DNA from: Minisyncoccia bacterium
GTDB lineage: Bacteria > Patescibacteriota > Minisyncoccia > Phycocordibacterales > UBA2100
Assembly: GCA_049297775.1 (NCBI GenBank)
Contig: JBAQUX010000023.1
Span: 18-64,017 of the forward strand
DNA: 64,000 bases
Reading direction: 5' to 3'
A program made the translations under genes and the position numbers. Positions 1 through 9,270 of this stretch are shown here, in pieces; the first letter of the stretch is position 1, and every line of letters begins with the position of its first letter. The notes beneath the pieces were generated by a model, which was not told the DNA's origin, searched no databases, and was given only the letters and a program-made list of their open reading frames with translations.

Positions 1-109
1 TACGTGCGCTGTTCATTGAAGCCAACACAACTGAAGAAAGGAGTCCGATGATCGCGATGACCACCAAGAGCTCGATCAAAGTGAAACCTTTGTTTGATGA
101 TGCTTTCAT
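1..109 (-). CDS. Type IV pilin/pseudopilin precursor, N-terminal part only (gene continues beyond window start)
   Basis: Reverse complement of 1-109 translates MKASSNKGFTLIELLVVIAIIGLLSSVVLASMNSAR: class III prepilin leader ending in G followed by FTLIE (prepilin peptidase cleavage/N-methylation motif) and the hydrophobic alpha-1 helix. It is the last gene of the minus-strand pil operon. Confidence 0.8.
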   Translation of the reverse strand, partial: MKASSNKGFTLIELLVVIAIIGLLSSVVLASMNSAR

Positions 110-134
110 GTGTGTTAATTATGAACTTGTAATA

Positions 135-156
135 AAATCTTTTTTGCAAAAGATTT
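135..156. promoter_or_regulatory. Perfect palindrome AAATCTTTT-TTGC-AAAAGATTT in the pilC-pilin intergenic region
   Basis: 9-bp arms at 135-143 and 148-156 are exact reverse complements, 4-nt spacer. Lies in the 5' region of the pilin gene. Candidate operator or weak AT-rich hairpin. Confidence 0.3.
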
Positions 157-181
157 GTATTCTACAGAGTATACATGTCCA

Positions 182-199
182 CAACAGAGTACTCTGTTG
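182..199. promoter_or_regulatory. Perfect 18-bp palindrome CAACAGAGTACTCTGTTG upstream of the pilin gene
   Basis: Exact self-complementary 18-mer. A partial direct repeat ACAGAGTA also occurs at 164-171. Sits between the pilC stop (372) and the pilin start (109) on the minus strand. Candidate regulator-binding site or pilC terminator stem. Confidence 0.35.
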
Positions 200-371
200 T
201 GTATAGCTTACTAAGCAGAATGAGCAGGACCTCTCTATAGTCCTGAAGAAAGTATACCAGCGATACACATTTGGCTTAGCTTTTATTTTTACAATCTGTG
301 CACAAGTACTGATGTAAACTCACATTTACAAATATTTTATGCAAGAAATTATTCTTACATTTTCTGCATGC

Positions 372-1583
372 CTACAGTCCTGCAGAAATATTGTAGATTG
401 GTACAAGTACAGATGCGAGCAATACACCCACACCGAGCGCGAGTGTCACAATCATCAACGGCTCAATCATAGAAACAAGTGTATCAACTGCAGTACTCAC
501 TTCACGTCTATAAAATTTTGCCATCGTGTCCAAAATTTTCCCCATATCTCCTGTCTCTTCTCCGACACGCACCATCGCTACAACAATGCTAGGAAATATT
601 TTTTGTTTCTCCATGGCGTCGGATGTATGGATACCAGTCTGTACTTCACGGGCAACGGCATTCAATGCTTTTTCGTAACTTGGGTCCCCCACTACTGCTG
701 CACTCATTTCAAGTGCGCGAATCATTTGGATACCACTCGTGAGCATGGTCGCCATGTTGTCAGCAATGCGAGAAAGAAAAAGTTTTTGATAGAGCGTTCC
801 AACATACGGTATTGAGAGTTTAATACGTGAGAAAATTTCTTTTCCGTTTGGACTTGAGAGGACTTTCCCGGCCATGATGACCGCAACAAAAAGTCCGATA
901 CCGACAAGCCAGAAGTAATGCACCAGAAAGTTACTGATAGCAAGTACGGCACGCGTATACACTGGGAGCTTTTGTCCTGTCTCCACAAGAATATCTGCCA
1001 TACGTGGAATAACCAGCGTCATCATCAAAATCATAACGATGACGAACACACCAATGACGAATGCTGGGTAGATTAATGCATTTTTTGCTTTCGCAGTAAT
1101 TTCGTAGTTTCTGTCGAGATAATCAGCGAGGAAGTTAAACGTGTCGTCAATCTTACCTGTCTCTTCACCGGTTCGAACCATTGAGACGTAGAAGTTGTCG
1201 AATACTTTTGGGTGCTTCGCCATTGCGCGCGACATGGGCATACCTGCCTGAATATCATTTGCGATAGTAGTGAGTCTATCCTGGAGAGCAGGATTGGTTG
1301 TTTCTGTTGCGAGAAGTCTAAATGCACGAAGTGCAGAAACCTGAGCTTCGAACAATGTTGCGACCTGACGCGAAAGCATCACCACATCTTTTGTTGAAAT
1401 TCTCTCAAAGAATGTGAGACTCTTGCCCATTATTGAGTTACCACCCTTAACAGGGTCAATGGTTTGGACTATAAGACCTCTGCGCTGTAATGAACTTACG
1501 GCGACATCAACAGTAACCGCATCAATAGTACCGGTTGCTGGCTTACCATCTGAATCAACTGCTTTATATGAAAAAAGTGCCAT
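372..1583 (-). CDS. pilC: Type IV pilus assembly platform protein PilC (GspF/T2SS-F family)
   Basis: 403 aa, two T2SSF-type repeats with polytopic membrane segments. Position immediately after pilT/pilB in a pil operon. Confidence 0.9.
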   Translation of the reverse strand: MALFSYKAVDSDGKPATGTIDAVTVDVAVSSLQRRGLIVQTIDPVKGGNSIMGKSLTFFERISTKDVVMLSRQVATLFEAQVSALRAFRLLATETTNPALQDRLTTIANDIQAGMPMSRAMAKHPKVFDNFYVSMVRTGEETGKIDDTFNFLADYLDRNYEITAKAKNALIYPAFVIGVFVIVMILMMTLVIPRMADILVETGQKLPVYTRAVLAISNFLVHYFWLVGIGLFVAVIMAGKVLSSPNGKEIFSRIKLSIPYVGTLYQKLFLSRIADNMATMLTSGIQMIRALEMSAAVVGDPSYEKALNAVAREVQTGIHTSDAMEKQKIFPSIVVAMVRVGEETGDMGKILDTMAKFYRREVSTAVDTLVSMIEPLMIVTLALGVGVLLASVLVPIYNISAGL

Positions 1584-1588
1584 GATAT

Positions 1589-2656
1589 TTACAATAGACG
1601 CTCGAGCATTTGCGGATTAAGAGAGTGTTCGTATGCACTCTCAATATTTATCTCTCCTTTTGCGACAAGCTCCGCAAGTGTTCTGTTCATATCAATCATT
1701 CCTTCTTCAGAGCCTGTTTCGATAATCGTGTTAATTTCATGCGTGCGTTTTTCTCGAATCAAGTTCGCAACAGCTTTATTGTTTATAAGAAGTTCATAGG
1801 CTGGAACCATACCTCCTGAAATTCTTGGAATAAGTCTCTGTGAAAATACACCAGCGAGCGACGCAGAAAGCTGGATGCGTATCTGATCTTGTTGTTCTGC
1901 TGGAAATGTATCAATAATACGGTCAATAGTTTGCGCTGCGTTGTTTGTGTGCAAAGTAGAAAAAACTAAGTGCCCAGTTTCAGCAGCAGTAACTGCTGCA
2001 CCCATAGTATCTGCCCCGCGCATTTCTCCAACGAGTAAGACGTCAATATCCTGACGAAACGCACTGCGTAATGCATTAGGAAAATCTTTTGTATCAACCG
2101 AAACCTCGCGCTGGTCAACGAGTGATTGCTTTGGATCATGCAGGTATTCGATTGGGTCTTCAATCGTGACGATGTGCGCTGCGCGCTCAACGTTAATGAG
2201 GTCTATCATTGCCGCAAGTGTTGTTGTTTTTCCCTGCCCCACTGGACCAACCACAAGAAAGAATCCTTGTTTCTTTCTCGCAAACGTGGTGAGTATTGGT
2301 GGTAAACTCAATTCTTCCAGTGAGCGAATTACTTTTGGAATGCGACGGAGCACAACCGCTGCTGAATTTTTTTGGAAGAATGCGTTACATCGAAAACGGT
2401 CTGTGCCTGGAACTTGATACGAAAAGTCGAGCTCTTGTTCTTGTTTAAAACGAGCCACCTGCTCTGGAGACGCGAGTACTTGAATAAACCCAAGAACATC
2501 TGCAGGGGTAAGTATCGGCTCATTCATCATCGGCACTAAAGAACCGTCCACACGAATTGTCGGTCGTGAATCCGCGGAAAGATGCAAGTCGGAACCGCCC
2601 TCATGCGTTACTGTATTTAAGTATTTGGGTAGATCTTTTTCGTACTGTAATGCCAT
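1589..2656 (-). CDS. pilT: Twitching-motility/retraction ATPase PilT
   Basis: Walker A GPVGQGKTTT. The DLHL motif sits near the N-terminus when the start is taken at MALQYEKDL (2656); the ORF-track start at 2695 is probably an upstream in-frame ATG. PilT/PilU family length and motifs (IEDPIEY, LVGEMRG). Confidence 0.88.
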   Translation of the reverse strand: MALQYEKDLPKYLNTVTHEGGSDLHLSADSRPTIRVDGSLVPMMNEPILTPADVLGFIQVLASPEQVARFKQEQELDFSYQVPGTDRFRCNAFFQKNSAAVVLRRIPKVIRSLEELSLPPILTTFARKKQGFFLVVGPVGQGKTTTLAAMIDLINVERAAHIVTIEDPIEYLHDPKQSLVDQREVSVDTKDFPNALRSAFRQDIDVLLVGEMRGADTMGAAVTAAETGHLVFSTLHTNNAAQTIDRIIDTFPAEQQDQIRIQLSASLAGVFSQRLIPRISGGMVPAYELLINNKAVANLIREKRTHEINTIIETGSEEGMIDMNRTLAELVAKGEINIESAYEHSLNPQMLERLL

Positions 2657-2724
2657 ATGGTAACTATACGTGATGCGCGAGTGAGTGACAATCAACTGCT
2701 CTGCATAAGTCTCAGTGATAATTT

Positions 2725-3114
2725 CTATTTTTGCCAGCCAAGCACCACTTGCTCAATTTTACTCACCATCTCATCTGGGAGTGACTGCGCCTTAATGAAC
2801 TGTCCCGCGACTTTTAAGTCTTTCATTCGAGCAAAATCTTCTGGCTCACTTTGGTTAGAGAGCACAATTATTGGAAGCCCTTCCGCAAGGTGTTCATCTC
2901 GAAGCGTTTTGATGAACTCAAATCCATTCATCTGAGGCATAATTATATCAGCGACTATTATATCTACTCTGAGTCCACCTCGTAATTTTTCTAACGCAAC
3001 CTTAGCGCTCTGACATGGAACCACCACATGCCCTCTCTCAAGGATTTTTGTTGCATAAATATCAACAATGAATTCATCGTCATCGAGAAACAGTATAGTA
3101 AATTTTTTATCCAT
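2725..3114 (-). CDS. Single-domain response regulator (REC/CheY-like receiver only)
   Basis: 129 aa. Acidic pocket LFLDDDE, phospho-acceptor Asp in IIVADIIMP, conserved T/S and K positions of receiver domains. No output domain. Embedded between pilB and pilT. Confidence 0.8.
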   Translation of the reverse strand: MDKKFTILFLDDDEFIVDIYATKILERGHVVVPCQSAKVALEKLRGGLRVDIIVADIIMPQMNGFEFIKTLRDEHLAEGLPIIVLSNQSEPEDFARMKDLKVAGQFIKAQSLPDEMVSKIEQVVLGWQK

Positions 3115-3115
3115 A

Positions 3116-4888
3116 TTATTTATTTTTTTCCTCTTGTAGCGCTACTTCTTCAGCCAGGAGCACTCCACCCAATGTGCTAATCTCCGAAAACGGAATCACT
3201 TTATTGAACGCTTTCAGCATAGCATCTTCACGCATGGTGAGCATACCCTTACTGCGAATAATCTTAAGAATTTCGTCATCACCTTTTCTGTCCAAAATTG
3301 CACGCTCAACTTCGGCACTCATTCCAAATGCCTCGATAACTGCACTTCGTCCTCGCATTCCTGACGCTGACGCAGACGTTGGCTGTGGGTCGTACACAAC
3401 ATTTGGAATAGTGAAACGATATTCTGGCGGTAAATCCTTAATTGAATCTTCCATAAATAAACGCATGCTTGGTGTAACTGGTATTTCTGTTCCAGTTCCT
3501 GGGTGCAATTTACGCACCAATCGCTGTGCCACCGCAAGAATTAATGTTGGCGCAATAAGATAGGGATCAACACCCATATCTATAAGACGAGGAATAACGC
3601 CGACAGAATCGTTTGTGTGAATAGTTGAGAGTACCAAGTGACCAGTAAGCGCGGCTTGAATTGCGAGCTTTGCAGTTTCTGCGTCACGGATTTCTCCCAC
3701 CATGATAATGTCTGGGTCTTGGCGAAGCGCAGTACGCAAACCAGAGGCAAATGTATACCCAATTTCTGGACGCATTTGGGATTGATTAACTCCTTCCATG
3801 TGATACTCAACCGGGTCTTCAAGCGACATCACGTTTTCTGATTCACGATCAAGCTCATTTAACATCGAATACAATGTGGTTGACTTACCGGAACCCGTTG
3901 GACCAGAAACGAGAATAAGGCCATACGGTCTTTCGAGTGCTGTGCGAATGAGATTAAGATTTTTTTGTGAGAGACCGAGGTCAGCGAGCGGTACCACGCC
4001 TTTATTTTTATCCAAGATACGCATCACCACCTTCTCACCTTCTGGTAGTGGAAATGTAGAGACACGAAAGTCAATTTTTCTTCCGCTCACCGTTGCTGAA
4101 AATCTACCATCTTGCGGTTTTCGTCGTTCGTCAAGCCTCAGTGCTGCCAAAACTTTAATACGCGCCACGATTGCCTGTTGTGTATTTTTGGGAAGCATCA
4201 GACTTGTATGCAACGTACCGTCAACACGAAAACGCACACGCACACCCGCCTCGCTTGGCTCTATATGTACGTCAGATGCAGAACCATCTACTGCGTAGCG
4301 CAACACTGTTGCGACGATTTTTATTATCGGTGCATCCTCTTGAAAGTTTTTTGCATCCTTTGGTCCTTGTGCTTGCTTATCAAGTTCGGCCTGAACGTCA
4401 ACTTGGTCACTTGACGCCTCGGTCGCCAATTCATCGAGCGCGTTCCCGACATCTCCAGTAAGCCCTCGATACATGGCGAGCACTTTTTCAAAATCTGCCT
4501 TAGTTATATGAAAAACTTTGTACGGCAAGCCAGCCTTACGGGTAATAAAGTTAAGTGCGTCTACTGCCTCAATGTCATCAGGACTCACAAAACCCACTTC
4601 GAGCACCCCATCTTCAATTCCGAGCGCAACAAACTTATAGTGATTTGCTGATTCTTCTGGAATATTTTGCAAAATTTGCAACGCAATTTTACTATCACCT
4701 ATAGTACGAGTTGGGATACGAACACTGCCACCCTGCTCTGCAGCTAATATTTCTTCATCAGAAAAACCGCGATTACGGAGAGCTGTATCGATATCTATTT
4801 TTTTGGACTCAACCTCTGACCGTACTTCTTCGGCAACTTTGGGTGATATAAGTCCTTGAGCAATAAGTATTGAGAGCGGGTCTTCCAT
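3116..4888 (-). CDS. pilB: Type IV pilus assembly (extension) ATPase PilB/GspE family
   Basis: 590 aa with N-terminal GSPII_E_N-like region. Walker A GPTGSGKSTT, Asp box, Walker B MVGEIRD, His box of secretion ATPases. Confidence 0.9.
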   Translation of the reverse strand: MEDPLSILIAQGLISPKVAEEVRSEVESKKIDIDTALRNRGFSDEEILAAEQGGSVRIPTRTIGDSKIALQILQNIPEESANHYKFVALGIEDGVLEVGFVSPDDIEAVDALNFITRKAGLPYKVFHITKADFEKVLAMYRGLTGDVGNALDELATEASSDQVDVQAELDKQAQGPKDAKNFQEDAPIIKIVATVLRYAVDGSASDVHIEPSEAGVRVRFRVDGTLHTSLMLPKNTQQAIVARIKVLAALRLDERRKPQDGRFSATVSGRKIDFRVSTFPLPEGEKVVMRILDKNKGVVPLADLGLSQKNLNLIRTALERPYGLILVSGPTGSGKSTTLYSMLNELDRESENVMSLEDPVEYHMEGVNQSQMRPEIGYTFASGLRTALRQDPDIIMVGEIRDAETAKLAIQAALTGHLVLSTIHTNDSVGVIPRLIDMGVDPYLIAPTLILAVAQRLVRKLHPGTGTEIPVTPSMRLFMEDSIKDLPPEYRFTIPNVVYDPQPTSASASGMRGRSAVIEAFGMSAEVERAILDRKGDDEILKIIRSKGMLTMREDAMLKAFNKVIPFSEISTLGGVLLAEEVALQEEKNK

Positions 4889-4891
4889 GGC

Positions 4892-5290
4892 TTACTCGGA
4901 GATTTCTTCTTGTGCTCCAGTGCGTGCGCCACGACCTTGAAATTGTACTGGTATTTCCTCAGAAATTATATCGTCATCGTTACCTACAGGGGCAAAAGGA
5001 TTTTTTCGTCCCACCGGCTCAGGAATAATTTGTTGCCCTGTATCTTTAAGCACATTAAACGCTGGATTTTGAAAAATAGTGTCATCTAGCTTAATTGTAC
5101 GCATATCCAATAGTAACTTGAGCACCTCAGAGTCATCATTATTTTCAGTAACTACCTGGCTATTAAGTACGCCATCTGCAGACGATGTACCGAGAGTGGC
5201 ATTTTCTTCTCCGGAATTCATCGAAAGACCATACCAACCTCCGATGATGACAACGATTACTATGACTGCAATTATTATTTTATTGTTCAT
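4892..5290 (-). CDS. Small single-pass membrane protein, PilP-like pilus-assembly accessory (hypothetical)
   Basis: 132 aa, N-terminal TM helix (IIIAVIVIVVIIGGWYGL), acidic C-terminus. Position between pilO and pilB. Assignment by context only. Confidence 0.4.
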   Translation of the reverse strand: MNNKIIIAVIVIVVIIGGWYGLSMNSGEENATLGTSSADGVLNSQVVTENNDDSEVLKLLLDMRTIKLDDTIFQNPAFNVLKDTGQQIIPEPVGRKNPFAPVGNDDDIISEEIPVQFQGRGARTGAQEEISE

Positions 5291-5301
5291 GGTTCAATAT
5301 A

Positions 5302-5958
5302 TTATGGAAGCCAGTATGTTCGTATCGCAACAGTAAATCTATATATTGGGTCTGTGGTATCGCGTGAACCACTTGTTGAAATACTTTGACCCTGAAGTCC
5401 GACGAGCTCTTGCGGAATTGCACCTCCTGCAGGAGCCTGTTTTGCAGTTTCAGACATAGATAATGATACAAGGTCTACAACTCGCAAACTCTGCTCGAGG
5501 TCACGCATAAAACTCACAAAATCGTCATATGTTGATGCCACGCCAAATTCAAGCACCAAGGATTTATATCGCTGGTTTTGTAATGCTGACGCTGCTTCAA
5601 TAGAGCCTGCGACTTGCGTTTTCCCCTTCTCGTCGCCATCTCTACGCACCTGCACGTTTCCAATGCGCAATCCATGCTTGGTCGCAAGCGCATCAAAATC
5701 GAGCACTAAGTGCACGTTATCTACGAAGTCTGGGAGAAATTTTTCAAGACGTTCAGTGTTTGTACCAGTAAGCGTATTATATTTTTGTGAGAGTGCATTA
5801 CCAAGCGCCTGCACTTCTTTTGCCTTAGCTAGACCTTCAGCATATTTGTCCACCTCTTTCTTTTTTGAAAGTGTAGCGTTATATGTAGGCGTTACATATC
5901 CAAAGATAAGACCGCCAGAGACAAGTATCATTATTATTGCAAGTATAAGTTTAGTCAT
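5302..5958 (-). CDS. pilO: Pilus assembly protein PilO-like
   Basis: 218 aa. Short cytoplasmic N-terminus, one TM helix, coiled-coil then periplasmic/extracellular domain. Gene order pilM-N-O. Confidence 0.6.
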   Translation of the reverse strand: MTKLILAIIMILVSGGLIFGYVTPTYNATLSKKKEVDKYAEGLAKAKEVQALGNALSQKYNTLTGTNTERLEKFLPDFVDNVHLVLDFDALATKHGLRIGNVQVRRDGDEKGKTQVAGSIEAASALQNQRYKSLVLEFGVASTYDDFVSFMRDLEQSLRVVDLVSLSMSETAKQAPAGGAIPQELVGLQGQSISTSGSRDTTDPIYRFTVAIRTYWLP

Positions 5959-5971
5959 AATGGTACATTAA

Positions 5972-6787
5972 TTATTCGCTGGTGTTTCCAAATAATCCAT
6001 CTGATGCCGGCTTTCCTGTTTGCGGTTTAGGTAACGGACGAGGTGTTGGCGTGGTTTGTTGTTGCACACCGCCTGCAGGCCTTCGGTTCAAATTTCCTGT
6101 AACGTCCTGGGGAGCTTCTTCTTCAGTGAAAGAACTTTGTGTTGCACTTGTATCATCTAGGGATTCTTCACTTCCTCCATTTTGAGCACTAAGTGCCGCG
6201 GCGACAAGTGATTCAAATTTTACTGTTTCTGGATTTAAATTTAAATTAACTGCGAACGTAACTCCTTGCGCACCGATATCCAAATCTGAGAAAATTGGCT
6301 CTTTAATAGCGTTATGCCTACTAAAAATTGACGCCTGGAGTGCAATACCGTTTACACTCGCTGCCTTCCCTTTCATTTCAACATGCAGGTCGCCTTCTGG
6401 TTTTACCGTATAGTTCACGTTGGTAAATTGTACTGACTTAAGTGTTGTCTGTTCGAGGACCTTAAAAAATATTGAAGGTGCAAGGTGAGCACCAAGTACG
6501 CCGTTTGCAGAACGGATACGCTCGTCGAGTCTCATTATTTTTGTGACGAGTGAAGGTGCAAACGCTCCGCGCGCCTTTTCGAGTTGCGCCTTTTTATCAG
6601 CCAAGTCCTTTGTAACAAACTGTTGATAGAGAAAAACTCCCGCTGAAAGCGTCCCCGCAATCACGAGGGCGATTATTCCCAAAAGCATGACCACGTCAAA
6701 TCCATCACTTCCTCCGTAGTTGCTTTGAGGAGACTCCATTGTAGGGAGTTTTGTGGGGATGAATGATGATTGAATTGGTGATTCCAT
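5972..6787 (-). CDS. pilN: Pilus assembly protein PilN-like with Pro/Thr/Gln-rich C-terminal tail
   Basis: 271 aa, single TM (VVMLLGIIALVIAGTLSAGVFLY) followed by coiled coil. Low-complexity C-terminus QQQTTPTPRPLPKPQTGKP. Immediately downstream of pilM. Confidence 0.6.
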   Translation of the reverse strand: MESPIQSSFIPTKLPTMESPQSNYGGSDGFDVVMLLGIIALVIAGTLSAGVFLYQQFVTKDLADKKAQLEKARGAFAPSLVTKIMRLDERIRSANGVLGAHLAPSIFFKVLEQTTLKSVQFTNVNYTVKPEGDLHVEMKGKAASVNGIALQASIFSRHNAIKEPIFSDLDIGAQGVTFAVNLNLNPETVKFESLVAAALSAQNGGSEESLDDTSATQSSFTEEEAPQDVTGNLNRRPAGGVQQQTTPTPRPLPKPQTGKPASDGLFGNTSE

Positions 6788-6810
6788 ACGTTTTAATTAT
6801 TCCACATAAT

Positions 6811-7971
6811 TTATCCCTGCTGGATAATGCGCATCGCTGCACCTACCGCAACTGAAAATTCTGGGCCTACTTCTTTAAGTACATCGTGCAAAAATGCTGG
6901 ACCTTCTACGTGATCAAATGGCTGAGCCAATTGGACCTGGGCACCAAGTCTTTCTTGCGCATACGGAATTAAGTCTTTGATAGTCGCACCTCCTCCTGTC
7001 AAAATAACATGAGGTACATTTTTCTGATACTTTTTCCCGTAGTTCAATAATACTTTATGTACCTCTGGGAATATACGTCCGAGTGTTGATAACAATGCGG
7101 TGCGCACTGGAGGCGTCGGCATTGCTGTTCCGGTTCCTGCTTCTTTAGTCATCGGCACGTCAATGCTCAGCCCCTGCTCCTTCTTCATTCGCTCAGCTTT
7201 TTCAAAATCCCAACTCATCGATCTACTAATCGAAAGGGTCATATCTTGGCCACCTTGATTGATGGTATGCGACATGCGTACGATACCTCGCTCAATAATA
7301 GATACTTTTGTTGTTGAGGCACCGATGTCTACAACCATGATTGGTGCAACTCCGTGCCCCAAAGAAGATCGCGCAGTACTGAATATTTCAAGTTCATAAA
7401 ACTGTGGCTGAATATTAAGCCCTTGCATAATTGACTGAAAATTACTGAGTGTGTCGTTATGTATCGCAACGAGTAAAACCTCAATGACATCCTTCTTTCG
7501 CTCTCCCGTATCAGGCTGTGTCGCATTTTCATATTCATCTTTTGGAATAGCAAACCAATCAAGGGAAATTTCATTCATAGGAACTGGAATGTACTTACGA
7601 GCCTCAAGAGGTACGGCACGTTTGAGCGCATCATCGCTCATAGGTGGCAATTCAATAACCGAAGTCAGGCTTGCTGAGAACGGAATAGCGACTCCGGCTA
7701 TAGTAGCCGTCATGTTTGATTCTTTCATGAGGTCCTGAATTGCTTCTCCTATTTTTTGTGCAGGAAGTCGTGCCACTTGCCCAGTCTGCAACTCAGCAAA
7801 TGGACCAAGGGCAATTGCGCCATATGTCTCAAGTATTGCACGACCGTGTTCTCTGCGTAATTGAACAATTTTTACTGAAGATGATCCAATATCTATACCA
7901 AGCACACTCCCAGTACCACCGATGGAAGGCAGTCCACTGAGTCTTTTTGTAATTGCATCAAATAAACCCAT
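6811..7971 (-). CDS. pilM: Type IV pilus assembly ATPase-fold protein PilM (actin-like)
   Basis: N-terminal GIDIGSSSVKIVQL actin/FtsA-like phosphate-1 motif and second half with DIGASTTKVSI. Start taken at MGLFDAITKRL (7971); the ORF track extends to 8025 through non-conserved residues. Confidence 0.85.
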   Translation of the reverse strand: MGLFDAITKRLSGLPSIGGTGSVLGIDIGSSSVKIVQLRREHGRAILETYGAIALGPFAELQTGQVARLPAQKIGEAIQDLMKESNMTATIAGVAIPFSASLTSVIELPPMSDDALKRAVPLEARKYIPVPMNEISLDWFAIPKDEYENATQPDTGERKKDVIEVLLVAIHNDTLSNFQSIMQGLNIQPQFYELEIFSTARSSLGHGVAPIMVVDIGASTTKVSIIERGIVRMSHTINQGGQDMTLSISRSMSWDFEKAERMKKEQGLSIDVPMTKEAGTGTAMPTPPVRTALLSTLGRIFPEVHKVLLNYGKKYQKNVPHVILTGGGATIKDLIPYAQERLGAQVQLAQPFDHVEGPAFLHDVLKEVGPEFSVAVGAAMRIIQQG

Positions 7972-8019
7972 ATAGTAGATGCATTGTACCATACTCACCT
8001 GTAGAATGTTGAGTACACT

Positions 8020-8664
8020 ATGCACTTTTTACGCAAATATATAGCGAGTTTTATCGACTGTGTACTGCCCCCAAGAGAGGCTGAGCTTCAACTGCGTAAA
8101 CTCACACCAAATAACTTTCCATTCATAAAAAGTGAATTCAAAACTGAGAGTGGCATGAGCGTGCTTACACTCTCTGTATTCACCGATGAGCGCGTTCGGC
8201 TCGCTATTCATGAATTAAAATTTCATAAAAATTCTCACGCTGCATCGCTGTACAGCGAAAATGTACATGACGCGCTACAAGAAGTATGCTCAAGAAGTAA
8301 CTTAGAGTATTTAATTGTCCCCATACCTCTTCATAAAAAGAGGTACCGCGCTCGCGGATACAATCAGGTAGTGACTATTATCATGTCTGCGCATTCCAAG
8401 GGTACGGAGCATCCGCTCAACACAATTTTCTCAGCAGACGCACTTACTCGCATTCGCGAAACAAAACCCCAAACAGAACTATCACGCGAGTCTCGTTTAA
8501 AAAATCTACATCACGCCTTTTCCGCTTCGTCTGAAGTGCGTGATAGAAATGTCATTGTTGTTGATGACGTGTACACGACCGGTGCTACATGTGCAGAGGC
8601 ACAGCGAGCACTCATGTACGCAGGAGCACGCAGTGTCACCTGTATTGTTTTGGCAAGGGCTTGA
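8020..8664 (+). CDS. comFC: ComF family protein (ComFC-like phosphoribosyltransferase-fold competence protein)
   Basis: C-terminal PRTase motif VIVVDDVYTTGAT typical of ComF/GntX. Divergent from the pil operon. The real start may be an internal Met (e.g. MSVLTLS at 8155) to leave room for divergent promoters. Confidence 0.75.
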   Translation: MHFLRKYIASFIDCVLPPREAELQLRKLTPNNFPFIKSEFKTESGMSVLTLSVFTDERVRLAIHELKFHKNSHAASLYSENVHDALQEVCSRSNLEYLIVPIPLHKKRYRARGYNQVVTIIMSAHSKGTEHPLNTIFSADALTRIRETKPQTELSRESRLKNLHHAFSASSEVRDRNVIVVDDVYTTGATCAEAQRALMYAGARSVTCIVLARA

Positions 8665-8753
8665 AATCGTCCTATTTTGCTAAAATAGCCCATTCATATC
8701 GGCTATTTTGACAAACGACAAGCTATGATGTAGATTGCGAAAAGATTTTCTTA

Positions 8754-9242
8754 TTGGTACCCCGATTGAAAATCGCAGTACACCATATACTTATGAACCC
8801 AGTGCATCCATATCGTCGCGTAGCCCTCATACTTCTTGGAGGATTTTTCCTTTGGGGTGCAGTATCTTATTACTGGTATGCCTGTGGCATCAAAAACCTC
8901 TGCAGTACACAGCAGGTTACGATTACTCAAGCCACTCATGAGGTTGCAAAAATTCCAGATGATATACATGTAACCCAGGTACTCGTCTACGAAAAGAACG
9001 AGTGTGCACCGTACCTTACTGGCTCAGTAGGTGTAGCAACTCGAAACAACCCTGCCGACGTGTCCCTCGTTGAACAATTTTTATCTGTATACCAGAACGA
9101 AAATATTGTTATTGATGGTGTGTATACCAGTGATGATATTGCGGGAATTCGCAGGTTTCAAAATGCGCAAGGCATTTCAGCGACTGGTAATGTATTCAAT
9201 AAAACACGTGAGGCAATAAATGCATTAGTGTGTGCCGAATAA
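8754..9242 (+). CDS. Membrane-anchored protein with C-terminal PG_binding_1 (peptidoglycan-binding) domain; cassette copy 1, gene A
   Basis: N-terminal TM helix followed by SYYWYACGIKNLC motif, shared with the 21586 paralog. C-terminal LVEQFLSV...DGVYTSDDIAGIRRFQNAQGISATGNV matches the PG_binding_1 consensus. Probable start at MNPVHPY (8793). Confidence 0.7.
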   Translation: MVPRLKIAVHHILMNPVHPYRRVALILLGGFFLWGAVSYYWYACGIKNLCSTQQVTITQATHEVAKIPDDIHVTQVLVYEKNECAPYLTGSVGVATRNNPADVSLVEQFLSVYQNENIVIDGVYTSDDIAGIRRFQNAQGISATGNVFNKTREAINALVCAE

Positions 9243-9270
9243 TTATAATTATTAAAAAATAAATTTATTT

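Noticed and set aside
339-815. 158-aa plus-strand ORF
   Set aside because: Lies entirely antisense to pilC. It is Cys/His/Arg-rich with no motif, which is typical of a spurious antisense ORF in a real gene.
3174-4461. Several 70-140-aa plus-strand ORFs inside the pilB region
   Set aside because: All are antisense to the well-supported PilB CDS, with low-complexity Arg/Ser-rich translations.
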